Below are positions 1 to 9,254 of a stretch of DNA of 64,000 nucleotides, one piece after another. This DNA comes from an uncultured delta proteobacterium (lineage in GTDB: Bacteria > Desulfobacterota > Binatia > UBA9968). The notes under the pieces were generated by a model. The model did not search any database and was not told the origin of the DNA. It was given only the letters and a program-made list of their open reading frames with translations. Positions within the stretch are counted from its first letter, which is position 1; every line of letters begins with the position of its first letter. The translations under genes were made by a program, and so were the position numbers. The stretch is taken from contig CAWFJP010000005.1 in NCBI GenBank assembly GCA_963816145.1, positions 32,001 to 96,000 on the forward strand. Reading direction: 5' to 3'.

Positions 1-110
1 GGTAAAGCTCGGTAACAAGATTTCACTGGATCACCTAGTCTCCGGATTGCGCGCCGGGTAAATTTTTACAGTTGGGCAATTGTACCAGACCCAAGCTTGG
101 CGCGGCAACC

Positions 111-1184
111 TCATCGCGCCGAAACCGCCGCACGCAGATTGTTAACCAGAAACAGTAAGATGGCGAGGGCGTTGAACAGGCCGCCCAATTTTTGCCCACC
201 GGGCAAGAATGCGAGGTCGCCGGCAATGCGGAGCAGCAGCGAGATATGGAGCAAGCCGGCATGGAGGTAGAACGCATTATCGAACGGCAACGCCAGTCCG
301 GTGATGGTCGGCAAGATGATCGGCGCATGGGCGAAGATCATCGAGAAAATGAAGCCGAGAAATACCGTGTGGAGGGCGGCGTCGTAAAGCGGTCCTGCGC
401 CAAAAAAACGCGCAAACCAGATCCAAAAGACGCCGCCGAGGGCGAGCCAAAAGTAGCCGCAAATCAGGCAGCGCGCCATGAAGCGGGGCAAACCTGGCAG
501 TTTGACGCTCTGCCAAGCGAGATCGTAGCGCAACAACCAGAGAGCCACGGCGATCAGCCCGGCGCCGGCGATGCGCACGCCGAGTCGGAAGTCGACAAGC
601 GTCAAAGCTAGGCCGGCGACAAAAATCAACAGCGCGACGCGCAACGACAGCCGCACCCAAAGGGGCGGACGGCGCACCCGGCCGATCTCCAGCCTTTCGC
701 CGGCGATCATGACGACGAGAAAACCGGCCCACCAAGGCACGACTTGGAAGATCGTTGACTCCAGCCACCAGAGAAGATTGCCGCACAAGAGCAATGCGGC
801 GCTCAGTTGCATGACGATGAAATGTTCTTCGCGCCGAAGGCGAAAAAGCTGATAGAAAAACAGCATCAGCAATGCCGCCGCGATGACGGCGAAAAACGCC
901 GACAGCTTTTGTGGCCCACTAAGGATTAACGTGACAATGGTAAAGACGCTAAGCAGAGGTATACCGTAAACCCACCAACGGTCGACTGCGGAGGCACGCT
1001 CCAAGCCGATCAAGGTCAGCAAAAAGCCGATGGCCATCAATGGGCCGTGTAAAGCGATCATGGCCGGATTCGGCAGCGGCAGAGCGACGCCGAGCCGTGC
1101 GATGCCGATCCAAATGCCGGAGAGCAGTGACAAGCCGGCGAAGCCGATGAAGAGAAAGCGAAGCGGGCGAGGCGGCGCGTTCAT
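111..1184 (-). CDS. Polytopic membrane protein, NnrS-like (family often found near nitrite/NO-reduction genes)
   Basis: 357 aa, about 11-12 hydrophobic segments; motifs HGPLMxxGFLxTLIxLERA, GERLE, YDAxLHxVFLGFxFSMIFAHAP. Confidence 0.55.
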   Translation of the reverse strand: MNAPPRPLRFLFIGFAGLSLLSGIWIGIARLGVALPLPNPAMIALHGPLMAIGFLLTLIGLERASAVDRWWVYGIPLLSVFTIVTLILSGPQKLSAFFAVIAAALLMLFFYQLFRLRREEHFIVMQLSAALLLCGNLLWWLESTIFQVVPWWAGFLVVMIAGERLEIGRVRRPPLWVRLSLRVALLIFVAGLALTLVDFRLGVRIAGAGLIAVALWLLRYDLAWQSVKLPGLPRFMARCLICGYFWLALGGVFWIWFARFFGAGPLYDAALHTVFLGFIFSMIFAHAPIILPTITGLALPFDNAFYLHAGLLHISLLLRIAGDLAFLPGGQKLGGLFNALAILLFLVNNLRAAVSAR

Positions 1185-1230
1185 CGTCGGTATTATTTAT
1201 GAACCGTTGACCGGAAGTTCAAGCACTCAT

Positions 1231-1315
1231 TTCACCACGAAGAGCACGAAGGACACGAAGGTAAGACAAGAAAATATTTCCGAACCCTCTGTGCTCTTCG
1301 TGTCCTTCGCGGTGA
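1231..1315. repeat. Palindromic element, family A (CACCACGAAG-nnCACGAAG-nnCACGAAG ... inverted arm)
   Basis: TTCACCACGAAGAGCACGAAGGACACGAAG ... TTCCGAAC ... GTGCTCTTCGTGTCCTTCGCGGTGA; same element at 5867, 26999 and 51983. Confidence 0.85.
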
Positions 1316-1348
1316 GTATCTAATTTGGTACTTGCCGCTAATGCTCAT

Positions 1349-3133
1349 TTACACCGCAGCAGGTGTGGTGCCGCTGGGTCCCGCGTGCATGTCATGATGC
1401 ACGCCGAAGCGGCGGCCGAAATAGCGCACTAAAAGGGCGCCGGTGACGGTGAAGGAGATGATGAAGATGCTGAGGATGCTCGCCGCTTCGCGGTTGCCGA
1501 CGGCATTGGAGGAGAGCTCCAGCGCCATCAATGAAAGCGTCATGGTGTCGCGGGAAGCTAGCAAAATGATGCTGCTAGTGGCACCGGAGGCGGCGACGAA
1601 GTTCATCACCGCCAGCAATACCAAGGTCGGCATGAGCAGCGGCAGCCAGATTTTGAAATAGGTTCTAATCCAGCCGGCGCCGGAGACGCGCGCGGCTTCT
1701 TCCATGTCGGCGCCGACCTGAACAAGCACGCCTTTCATAATATTGACGCCGGTGGTTTTGCCTTGCAGGATGACAACGATGATAAGCGCCCAGATGGTGC
1801 CAAAGAGCGCATTTAGACCAGGCGTGCCGATGAACACCCAGAGAAGCCCAAGGCCGGCGAGTATCCCGGGGATCGCGCCGGCTCCCCAGATCATTAGATC
1901 GAGTGTCGCGCGTCCGGGCAGCCGTGTGCGCACAAGAATGTAGGCAAGCACGGAAAAAATCAGCGGGCTCAAGACCGCCGCGGTGAGCGCCAGGGTAAGG
2001 GTCGTGCGCAGCGCTTTGACGAAAACCGGGTCGGTGAGTACCAAGCGCCAGTGTTCCAGTGTGAAGCCCAAGACGAAATAGCCGATGCGCTGCATGAAAC
2101 TGCCGAGCACTAGGACCCCCAGAGGGCCGGCGGTCAAGAGCGCCAAAACTGCTGCGAGTATCGCGAAGGCGATGTAATTCCAATGGCCGAGGTCGATCAA
2201 GCCGGGACGAAAATTGCCGGTGATCGTGGTGTAGCGGCGCCGCTCCAAAATCCAGCGCTGCAGCGGGATGATCAAGACGATCATCAAGAGCGTGATGCTC
2301 GCCAGAACGGTGGCCTCGCCGTAGTTTGGAATCTGGTTCCGCACCAGAGCGAAAATTTTTGTCGAATAAACGAAAAATCCGAACGGCATGCCGAGCAGGT
2401 ATTCAGTTTCGAACGACTGAAAGACCCGCAACAATTGCAAGGCGAGCACCATCATCATCGGCGAGATCATCAACGGCAGAGTGACTTTGAAGAGCGTGCG
2501 CAGATTGCTCGCGCCGCCGACCCGGGCGGCTTCTTCCAAGGTCGAATCCATGTTGCGGAACGCCGGGGTCAAAAGCATCACCTTGATCGAGATGCCGTGG
2601 CCCATCAGATTGGCCCAGACGATGCCGGGCACGCTGAAAATATTGAATGGCCCCTGCTCGAGACCGAAGAGACTTTTCAAACCGACGTTGATCATGCCGA
2701 TGTCCGGGTCGAGCAAAGTGATCCAGGCGATGGTGGTCGGCAAGCTCGGCACCATGTAGGACACCCAGAATAAAAATTCCAGCGTGTGGCTGAAGGGGAT
2801 TTTGCTGCGCGCCAAAATCCACGCGATGGCGACGCCGACGGGAAAGCTGATCGATACCGTGAGCGACCAGATGAGAAGCGAGTTGCCCAGCGAGGCAACC
2901 AAGCCGGGGCGTTGAAAGGCGTTTTGCCAATGTTTGGCGCCCCAGACGCGCGGCTCGACAAACCAGTCGTTGGCGGCATTGAAACTGTTGATCAGTAACA
3001 GCAGCACCGGCCAGATGAGAAAATAACCGAGCACGATCAACAGCACCGCCATGATGAAATGGCCGCGGCTGAGGCGCGGCGCGGCGAGGGGTTGCGGCAC
3101 TACGACTTGGTCCAGGGTTGGGGAATGCTCCAT
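1349..3133 (-). CDS. ABC transporter permease, FbpB/iron-thiamine type (two BPD_transp_1 domains)
   Basis: 594 aa, multi-TM, two EAA loops (LEEAARVGGA, MEEAARVSGA); in an operon with an SBP and an ATPase. Confidence 0.9.
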   Translation of the reverse strand: MEHSPTLDQVVVPQPLAAPRLSRGHFIMAVLLIVLGYFLIWPVLLLLINSFNAANDWFVEPRVWGAKHWQNAFQRPGLVASLGNSLLIWSLTVSISFPVGVAIAWILARSKIPFSHTLEFLFWVSYMVPSLPTTIAWITLLDPDIGMINVGLKSLFGLEQGPFNIFSVPGIVWANLMGHGISIKVMLLTPAFRNMDSTLEEAARVGGASNLRTLFKVTLPLMISPMMMVLALQLLRVFQSFETEYLLGMPFGFFVYSTKIFALVRNQIPNYGEATVLASITLLMIVLIIPLQRWILERRRYTTITGNFRPGLIDLGHWNYIAFAILAAVLALLTAGPLGVLVLGSFMQRIGYFVLGFTLEHWRLVLTDPVFVKALRTTLTLALTAAVLSPLIFSVLAYILVRTRLPGRATLDLMIWGAGAIPGILAGLGLLWVFIGTPGLNALFGTIWALIIVVILQGKTTGVNIMKGVLVQVGADMEEAARVSGAGWIRTYFKIWLPLLMPTLVLLAVMNFVAASGATSSIILLASRDTMTLSLMALELSSNAVGNREAASILSIFIISFTVTGALLVRYFGRRFGVHHDMHAGPSGTTPAAV

Positions 3134-3144
3134 GGGCGGTTAAT

Positions 3145-3243
3145 AGTTCCAGCCGTTCCAGTGGTTCCAATCGTTCCAGTCGTCTCGATCGATGGCTGTC
3201 GTTAACAACTGGAACTTTTGGAACTATTGAAACCTTTGGAACT
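3145..3243. repeat. Inverted array of 9-bp GTTCCAnnn / nnnTGGAAC repeats
   Basis: 4x GTTCCA at 9-bp period, a spacer, then 4x TG(G/A)AAC at 9-bp period. Confidence 0.85.
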
Positions 3244-3251
3244 GTTCTTTC

Positions 3252-4505
3252 TTATTTCTGCCGACTCTCCCAAAGTTTGAACACCCACTTCTGGATTTCT
3301 TCCGTTTTTTCGCTGCTGGTCGGCTCGGCGTCGGGGAAGGCATACTCCTTGCCGTAGCCGCGACGCTGCTGCGGTGATACTTCACCGAAAGGAATATCAT
3401 TGCGCAGCGACGATCGGTCGAGATTGGGAATCAGCGTATGGGTCGCCGTCTGGCCTTCCTTGCTCAAAAACCAATTGATGAATAGCTTGGCGGCGTTGGG
3501 ATGGGAAGCGTTAGCAAACGCCGAAATGCAGCAGCCCGAGCCCGAAGCGCGCAGCACGCCCTGCTTCTTGACCAAGTAGCGCGGCTTGATCGGCAAGCCT
3601 TTGCGCGACAGGGCGACGTAGTCTTCGGTGCCGGTGGCGACGAACTGCAGCGGGAAGCGGCCGTTCACCAGCCAAGTCTCAAGTATGCGCCGATCGTCAG
3701 TGAAGGTGACGCCGGTGTCGAGCATGTATTTCTTGACCCAGTCGGGACCGCGGTCGGGCTCGTAGTAGCTATCGATCATCTGGCGGATGCCCGAGGGATC
3801 GCCCAGGCCTTGACCGGCGATCTTGCCCTTCCAGCGCGGATGAAACACGTCGGTTTGCAAGTTCAGGGTCGCGATCTCGGCTTCTTTGATCTTGTCGGTG
3901 TTGTACCAAGTCTCGTACTGGTCCTCCAAGCCGGCGTGGTAGATCATCGTGAACTTGCCGAACTTGTCGGTGTACATGTGGCGGCCTTTGTACCACTTCG
4001 ACAGGTCGGTGACCTCGGGATGGATCATCAGAGGCGCGAGCGGAACCACTGATTCCGAGGGCACCAGGCGCTGCTGATTTTCGCGCGAGCTGATCAGCGC
4101 CACGTCCATGGTGAATTTACCGGCTTTGCGCTCGGCCAGCACGCGATTGACCGTATCGGTGGCGTTGCCGGTGGACACTTCGACTTTGACGTTGAATTTT
4201 TTACTGAAGAGATCCACCACTGGCCGATACTGGCGCGACGGCGCGCCGCCGGAGGCGATCGACACGGTGCCTTCCTGCTGCGCCGCGGCGATGAGCTTGG
4301 ACCATTCCTGCTCGAAGTTGGCGCTTGTTTGCGGCGCGGCTTTGGTTGGTGCCGGTGCCGTGGCGGCGAGAATGGTGGCGGGGATTAAGATGCTGACAGC
4401 GAGGAGAATGAAGAGGGCCGTATGGCAATACGCCCCTACGAATCGCCCGATTCGGTTGGGCGGGTTGTCTTGCCTGCACCGAGGAGCCGCAGGATTATTG
4501 ATCAT
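3252..4505 (-). CDS. ABC transporter extracellular solute-binding protein, FbpA/AfuA-like
   Basis: 417 aa; GGAGG RBS; hydrophobic signal; motifs AAQQEG, PRWKGKI, HPNAAKLFINWFLSKEGQ. Confidence 0.88.
   Translation of the reverse strand: MINNPAAPRCRQDNPPNRIGRFVGAYCHTALFILLAVSILIPATILAATAPAPTKAAPQTSANFEQEWSKLIAAAQQEGTVSIASGGAPSRQYRPVVDLFSKKFNVKVEVSTGNATDTVNRVLAERKAGKFTMDVALISSRENQQRLVPSESVVPLAPLMIHPEVTDLSKWYKGRHMYTDKFGKFTMIYHAGLEDQYETWYNTDKIKEAEIATLNLQTDVFHPRWKGKIAGQGLGDPSGIRQMIDSYYEPDRGPDWVKKYMLDTGVTFTDDRRILETWLVNGRFPLQFVATGTEDYVALSRKGLPIKPRYLVKKQGVLRASGSGCCISAFANASHPNAAKLFINWFLSKEGQTATHTLIPNLDRSSLRNDIPFGEVSPQQRRGYGKEYAFPDAEPTSSEKTEEIQKWVFKLWESRQK
4414..4439 (-). repeat. GTAG-type REP inside the 5' end of the SBP gene
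   Basis: Minus strand GTAGGGGCGTATTGCCATACGGCCCT: GTAG plus a hairpin with one mismatch; translated as VGAYCHTAL. Confidence 0.7.
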
Positions 4506-4563
4506 GACTGATACCTCCGATGGGTTCTTGTTGCTTTGGCGGCGTATTGTCTACGCCCATCCT

Positions 4564-5751
4564 TCAATCGTCTCGATGTGACCAATCCGATGTCCAGGCG
4601 CTGTGGCCGTCGGGGCGCAGCTTGAGCCAAACTTTGCTGCCCTCATCGATGGGTTGGTGCCGTTCGCCGTAGAGCAATACCGTGTTTTGCCCTTCGACTT
4701 CGACTTGGTACTCGATCCGCTCGCCGATAAACAGCGCCGCTTGCGCGCTGCCGCCAATCATCCCGGATGGCGGCTTGGTCCCGTTTGCCGGTAAGATCTC
4801 GACATCCTCCGGGCGCACGCCGATGTAAACGGCGGCGCCGGTTTTGATGCCGTCGGGATGATAAGTGCGGCCGAACACGACGCAGTCCGGCGCGCCTTCG
4901 AGGGCGATGGCCAACTGCCCGGACGGATTACCGCTCTGCACTTTGCCTTTGAAGAGCAAAGTTCTACCGACGAAGTCGCGAACAAATTCATTGGCCGGCT
5001 CTTCATAAAGCAAACGCGGATCGCCCTCCTGTTGGACCACTCCGAAATTCATCAGGGCGATGCGGTTGGATAAACTCAGCGCTTCGATTTGATCATGGGT
5101 GACGAACAGCATGGCGATGTTCAGTCTTTTTTGCAGCAGCTTGACGCCGATGCGCATCTGCTCGCGCAGTTTGGCGTCAAGGTTGCTGAACGGTTCGTCG
5201 AGCAGCAGCACGCGCGGTTCAGTAACCAAAGCGCGGGCGAAGGCGACGCGCTGCTGCTGGCCGCCGCTCAGGAGCGGTCCTGGACGGTCTTCGAAGCCCG
5301 CCAAGCCGACCAGTTCGAGGGCCTTCAATACGCGATCTTTGATCTCGCCTTTGGGAAAGTGTCGCGCATGGAGCGGAAACGCAACGTTCTCGGCCACCGT
5401 CATATGCGGCCAAATCGCGTAGGATTGAAAGACCATGCCGACATTGCGCTTGTCGGGCGGCATGAATAGCCGTTTTGCGGTCATGACCACGGCCTGTTCG
5501 GCGAAGAGAATATCGCCGGCGTCGGGATGCTCCAGACCGGCGACCATGCGCAACGTCGTGGTCTTGCCGCAGCCGCTGGGGCCGAGCAGCGTGAGGATCT
5601 CACCGTCGCGAATGTCGAGCGACAAATTCTGCACCGCCGGTTTGGTGCTGCCGGCGTAAGTCTTCCACAAGCCGCGCAAACTCACGGCGACTTTGGGCTT
5701 TGCGCTGTTAGCTGCCTGCGAAGCGGCAGATTTGGGCACGGCACTCGTCAT
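4564..5751 (-). CDS. ABC transporter ATP-binding protein (PotA/FbpC-like, C-terminal TOBE)
   Basis: Walker A GPSGCGKT, signature LSGGQQQR, Walker B LLLDEP, VTHD. Confidence 0.95.
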   Translation of the reverse strand: MTSAVPKSAASQAANSAKPKVAVSLRGLWKTYAGSTKPAVQNLSLDIRDGEILTLLGPSGCGKTTTLRMVAGLEHPDAGDILFAEQAVVMTAKRLFMPPDKRNVGMVFQSYAIWPHMTVAENVAFPLHARHFPKGEIKDRVLKALELVGLAGFEDRPGPLLSGGQQQRVAFARALVTEPRVLLLDEPFSNLDAKLREQMRIGVKLLQKRLNIAMLFVTHDQIEALSLSNRIALMNFGVVQQEGDPRLLYEEPANEFVRDFVGRTLLFKGKVQSGNPSGQLAIALEGAPDCVVFGRTYHPDGIKTGAAVYIGVRPEDVEILPANGTKPPSGMIGGSAQAALFIGERIEYQVEVEGQNTVLLYGERHQPIDEGSKVWLKLRPDGHSAWTSDWSHRDD

Positions 5752-5866
5752 GGTGCTGATTCTTCTTACACGAAAGTGGGCGAGGACTCTAGAGGGTTTC
5801 GCAGTGTGATTGAAAATACGCCTCTACCAAGGTAGTGCAGTCGCATTTGATGAGGCAAGCATGTTA

Positions 5867-5946
5867 TTCACCACGAAGGCACGAAGGACGCGAAGATTCG
5901 GATAATAAGTTTCCGAGCTTCGTGCTCTTCGTGTCTTCGTGGTGAA
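5867..5946. repeat. Palindromic element, family A
   Basis: TTCACCACGAAGGCACGAAGGACGCGAAG-ATTCGGA ... TTCCGAG-CTTCGTGCTCTTCGTGTCTTCGTGGTGAA. Confidence 0.85.
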
Positions 5947-5991
5947 ACTGGAGTTCTCGTCATTCGCTCGATTGCTGGCGACAAAAATCGG

Positions 5992-7014
5992 TCAGAAGCC
6001 TTTGGCTACCTCTTTCATGTAGAAACCCAGTTTCTTCATCGCCGGCCAATCGTCGATAGAGAAAAGTATCGTGTCGTCGCTACTGCTATTCTCATGATGG
6101 TGCCAGGTCCATGCGGGCACGGCGAAGATGTCGCCCTTGTGGTAATTCAGCCGTTCGCCGTCGATGACCACGACGCCGGAACCTTCGAAGGCGAAGTAGA
6201 AGGTCGTGCTGTTGTGGCGGTGCGCCAGGGTTTTCTGTTTCTTCGATAACAACTGCGCGTGCCATGCGATGGTCGGCAACGTCGGCCCGCCGTCTACCGG
6301 GCTCGCAAGCATGATCATGACGCCGTCGTAGGGATCGCTCTCGTTGTTCTCACGCAGCGCCGTCAAGGCCGCATGCGTGTCCGCCCAGGGGTAGCGCATC
6401 GGCGGCAGCGGAAACGGCGCGTCATTGGCAATAGGCCGCGCGAGTCCGAGAGTTCTCTGGCCGTAGCCCGCCGGCTTTGTCACGTCTTCGTACGGATTAT
6501 CGTTCGGAAAGCGCTCGTTGATGTTGACGTTGGGGTTGTAACCGTTGTCGTAGCCGTCGATCCAGACCGCCGGTGTTTTGTCCCTATTCCAGTGGTCGTG
6601 ATAGGTCCAGGCCGGACTGATCACCACGTCGCCGCGCTCCATCGGGTAGGCCTCATACTCGCAGACGAATACGGCGTCCTTGGGCGCTTCGCAGACGAGT
6701 CTCGTTTCGCTGCGCAGATTGCGGTGGCACTGGGTACGTTCGCCGGGCATGAGGATCTGGGCGTTCATCCAGATCGGGAAGTTCTTCGCTTCGATGCCGA
6801 CCACCGAGCGCATGCCGGTCATGCCATCCGGGCCGACCGTGACGATCTCACCGGAGCGCTGCAAGCCGCGGTAAATACCGTCCCACTTCCAGTGCGCCGC
6901 GGTTTTGCCAGTGCGTGGAGTTACGCGCTTGTCGCGCTTTAACCCGGCGCCGACTAGATAGTGATCACCGAGAAAACGTTCCAAGTCTTCGTGGGTTGAA
7001 CCTACATCGCTCAC
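5992..7014 (-). CDS. Bicupin ring-cleavage dioxygenase, gentisate 1,2-dioxygenase-like
   Basis: Two cupin motifs (HRN...PAWTYHDH; HRH...VPAWTWHHH), YPWAD, GGPTLPTI; start moved to GTG 7014 (AAGGAG RBS) because the ORF extension is repeat DNA. Confidence 0.8.
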   Translation of the reverse strand: MSDVGSTHEDLERFLGDHYLVGAGLKRDKRVTPRTGKTAAHWKWDGIYRGLQRSGEIVTVGPDGMTGMRSVVGIEAKNFPIWMNAQILMPGERTQCHRNLRSETRLVCEAPKDAVFVCEYEAYPMERGDVVISPAWTYHDHWNRDKTPAVWIDGYDNGYNPNVNINERFPNDNPYEDVTKPAGYGQRTLGLARPIANDAPFPLPPMRYPWADTHAALTALRENNESDPYDGVMIMLASPVDGGPTLPTIAWHAQLLSKKQKTLAHRHNSTTFYFAFEGSGVVVIDGERLNYHKGDIFAVPAWTWHHHENSSSDDTILFSIDDWPAMKKLGFYMKEVAKGF

Positions 7015-7034
7015 GGAATTAATCTCCTTTTTGA

Positions 7035-7104
7035 TTGGAACGGCTGGAACTTTTGGAACAGTTGGAACGGGTTCCAATCGTTCCAGCAGTTCCAGTCGTT
7101 CCAA
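7035..7104. repeat. Inverted array of 9-bp TGGAAC / GTTCCA repeats
   Basis: 4x TGGAAC followed directly by 4x GTTCCA, 9-bp period; arm order opposite to the copy at 3145. Confidence 0.85.
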
Positions 7105-7118
7105 ACGTTATCGGATCC

Positions 7119-8273
7119 TCAATCGTTCAAGTGAAAGTACCGTACGCAATTATCGACCAACATGGCGCGCCGTTGGTTTTCCGGCACGCCGGCGAAGTCG
7201 GCTTCGACGTATTTTTGCGAGTTGGGATAGTCGCTGGCGGCGTGGGCGAAGTCGGTGCCCCACATGAGTTTGTCGTAGCCGACACTATCGCGCCGTTTGA
7301 TACCCACCGGATCGCGCAGAAAGCCCCAGTAGTTGCGGTCTTTCAGATATTCGCTCGGCATGCGGTCCAATTTTGGCAGTCCCCAGGCGTCATGGATCAT
7401 GCCCATATAGCGTTGGTAATGATCGTCAACTTGCCACATGCCATACTCTAGCCAGCCGACCATGGTCTCGGCCCAATAGAATTCGAGTTTAGGAAAACGA
7501 TCCCAGACGCCGGCGAAGGCCATTTGCAACGGCGCGGTCATGGCGTCGTTGCTGAAGCGGGTAAAAAACTTGAACGCGTCTTTCTGATGGACATCGTGGC
7601 CGGGGTCTTTGGCGTAGAGATAATCGGGTTCACCTTTGCCCGAACCCATGTTGCCGTTGTTATGATTGGTCAGCGCCATGCGCATATCGATTGCTGCGGA
7701 CCAAAATTTGTCGTCTTCGGCGGTGGGATAACTCTTGCCGCTCGGATAGCGGTCGAGCTTGACGCCTTTCATGCCGAGCTTGGCACAGTGCGCCATTTCC
7801 TTGATTGCGTCGTCGACACCGGTGGTTGGCATGGTGCCCATGCAAACCAAACGGTCGGGTGCCGGCGCCATATATTCTTGGCCGAGAAACTCGTTGTAGG
7901 CGCGGATGCAGTCGCGATAAAAATCGTCGTCCTTGGTTTGCCGCAGGACGAAAGTAATCTGCGAGAAAAGAATCTCGCAGTCGATGCCATCCTGAACCTG
8001 TTCCTCCAACCGTTGCTGCGGCGAGCCGGTGCCGGCGCAGGTTTCAAATGTCGGCACTTGCTTGGCGAGATCCGTGTGGGCGACGCGCACGCTGCGGGTA
8101 ATGCCGATGGTGTTCGGCTTGCCGCCGTCGATGACTACGGCGTCGGAGCCGTTGGGCATTTTGACGCGCTTGGGCGCTCGCTCGCGATACTTCGCCTGAA
8201 CGCGGTCGCGCCAGATGTCGGGATTCAGATCGATATGGCCGTCGCCGGAAATGCATGTGTACTTCCTAGCCAT
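7119..8273 (-). CDS. Amidohydrolase_2 family metallohydrolase
   Basis: ISGDGH at the N-terminus, GVWDRFPKL, LMWGTDFAH. Confidence 0.88.
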   Translation of the reverse strand: MARKYTCISGDGHIDLNPDIWRDRVQAKYRERAPKRVKMPNGSDAVVIDGGKPNTIGITRSVRVAHTDLAKQVPTFETCAGTGSPQQRLEEQVQDGIDCEILFSQITFVLRQTKDDDFYRDCIRAYNEFLGQEYMAPAPDRLVCMGTMPTTGVDDAIKEMAHCAKLGMKGVKLDRYPSGKSYPTAEDDKFWSAAIDMRMALTNHNNGNMGSGKGEPDYLYAKDPGHDVHQKDAFKFFTRFSNDAMTAPLQMAFAGVWDRFPKLEFYWAETMVGWLEYGMWQVDDHYQRYMGMIHDAWGLPKLDRMPSEYLKDRNYWGFLRDPVGIKRRDSVGYDKLMWGTDFAHAASDYPNSQKYVEADFAGVPENQRRAMLVDNCVRYFHLND

Positions 8274-8374
8274 GGAAAGCAATCCTTTCTTACTGCTGGA
8301 TATGCTTTATAAACTAGATTGAAGTATCACTGTCAACCGGCCGGCGTTTCGGCGACTGCAATTGCCGCTGTGGC

Positions 8375-9088
8375 TTACTTCTGGTCGGTCGCCGATTTTG
8401 GCCACCGCGCGCGGCTTTGTTTGAGACCGAGGCCGGCCAGCAATGCCGCCATCCGGATCGGCGCACCGAAGCCCTCGACCACCGGCACGCCGAGTTGCTC
8501 TTGCAACCATTTTGGTTGGATATGAACCGGGCACTGGCTGATGCCCATGGGGATGATGACTTCGGCGCCGAGTCCGATCAACCGCTTTGCTTCGTTGACA
8601 AAATTTTGCACCACTTGATCGCGGTGGGCAGCCAAGTCCGGTAGGTCGAAACCGCTCGTGCCAAAACCGACAATGCGCTGTTCCATGCCGTAACGGCGTA
8701 CGATGGCGCGGTTAAAGGCGAGCAGTTTTTCGTGATAGATAATCAAGCCGAAGCGGTCGCCAAGCAGTGCGGCGACGTGGAGGCAGGCCTCCATCGGAGC
8801 GATAACCGGAATATCCACGGCCGATCTACCGCCATCAACGGCTAAATCGAGCATGCCGAGCGGCACCGCGGCATCATAGCCTTCCTTCTCGGCGCGCCTG
8901 TAGGCATCGATGAACGCCGGCGCCACGAGGGCGATTTCCGTCGGCGTTATGCCGTAGAAGTATGGCGAAGCATCGACGTTGATAATCCCGACCTGAACTT
9001 CCGCGTTGGAATAAGACAAAGCGAGATCGGCGCGCCGCTTGAATTCTTCCGGCGGATAGCCGCCGATACAAAACGCGATTCGGACCAT
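8375..9088 (-). CDS. Asp/Glu/hydantoin racemase-fold protein (paralogue 1)
   Basis: AEKEGYDA, RSAVDIPV, LLGDRFG, LGVPVVEG; near-duplicate of 12381..13085; GGAG RBS before MVRIAF. Confidence 0.75.
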   Translation of the reverse strand: MVRIAFCIGGYPPEEFKRRADLALSYSNAEVQVGIINVDASPYFYGITPTEIALVAPAFIDAYRRAEKEGYDAAVPLGMLDLAVDGGRSAVDIPVIAPMEACLHVAALLGDRFGLIIYHEKLLAFNRAIVRRYGMEQRIVGFGTSGFDLPDLAAHRDQVVQNFVNEAKRLIGLGAEVIIPMGISQCPVHIQPKWLQEQLGVPVVEGFGAPIRMAALLAGLGLKQSRARWPKSATDQK

Positions 9089-9097
9089 AATATCTCC

Positions 9098-9241
9098 GTT
9101 CAAGGTTCAAAGTTTAGCGTTGAAAATCGGTTTTTCTCGGTTTCTTTTGCGTCCCTTGCGTTTTTTGCGGCTACTTCTTCCGATTTGGAATCTTTGTCTT
9201 CGAACGATTTGAGCGGCTTGAACGATTGGAACAGCTTGAAC
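9098..9241. repeat. Composite intergenic repeat tract (GTTCAA units, TTGCG half-arm, TTGAAC nonamers)
   Basis: GTTCAAGGTTCAAAG; TTTTGCGTCCCTTGCGTTTTTTGCGGC; GAACGATTTGAGCGGCTTGAACGATTGGAACAGCTTGAAC. Confidence 0.7.
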
Positions 9242-9254
9242 ATGTTCGTTCTGA

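Noticed and set aside
1207-1222. FNR box upstream of the NnrS-like gene (TTGACCGGAAGTTCAA)
   Set aside because: Half-site spacing is 2 nt too long for TTGAT-N4-ATCAA.
7015-7104. N-terminal extension MERLELLERLEPVPTVPKVPAVP of the cupin
   Set aside because: Translation of the 9-bp repeat array; a good RBS precedes GTG 7014.
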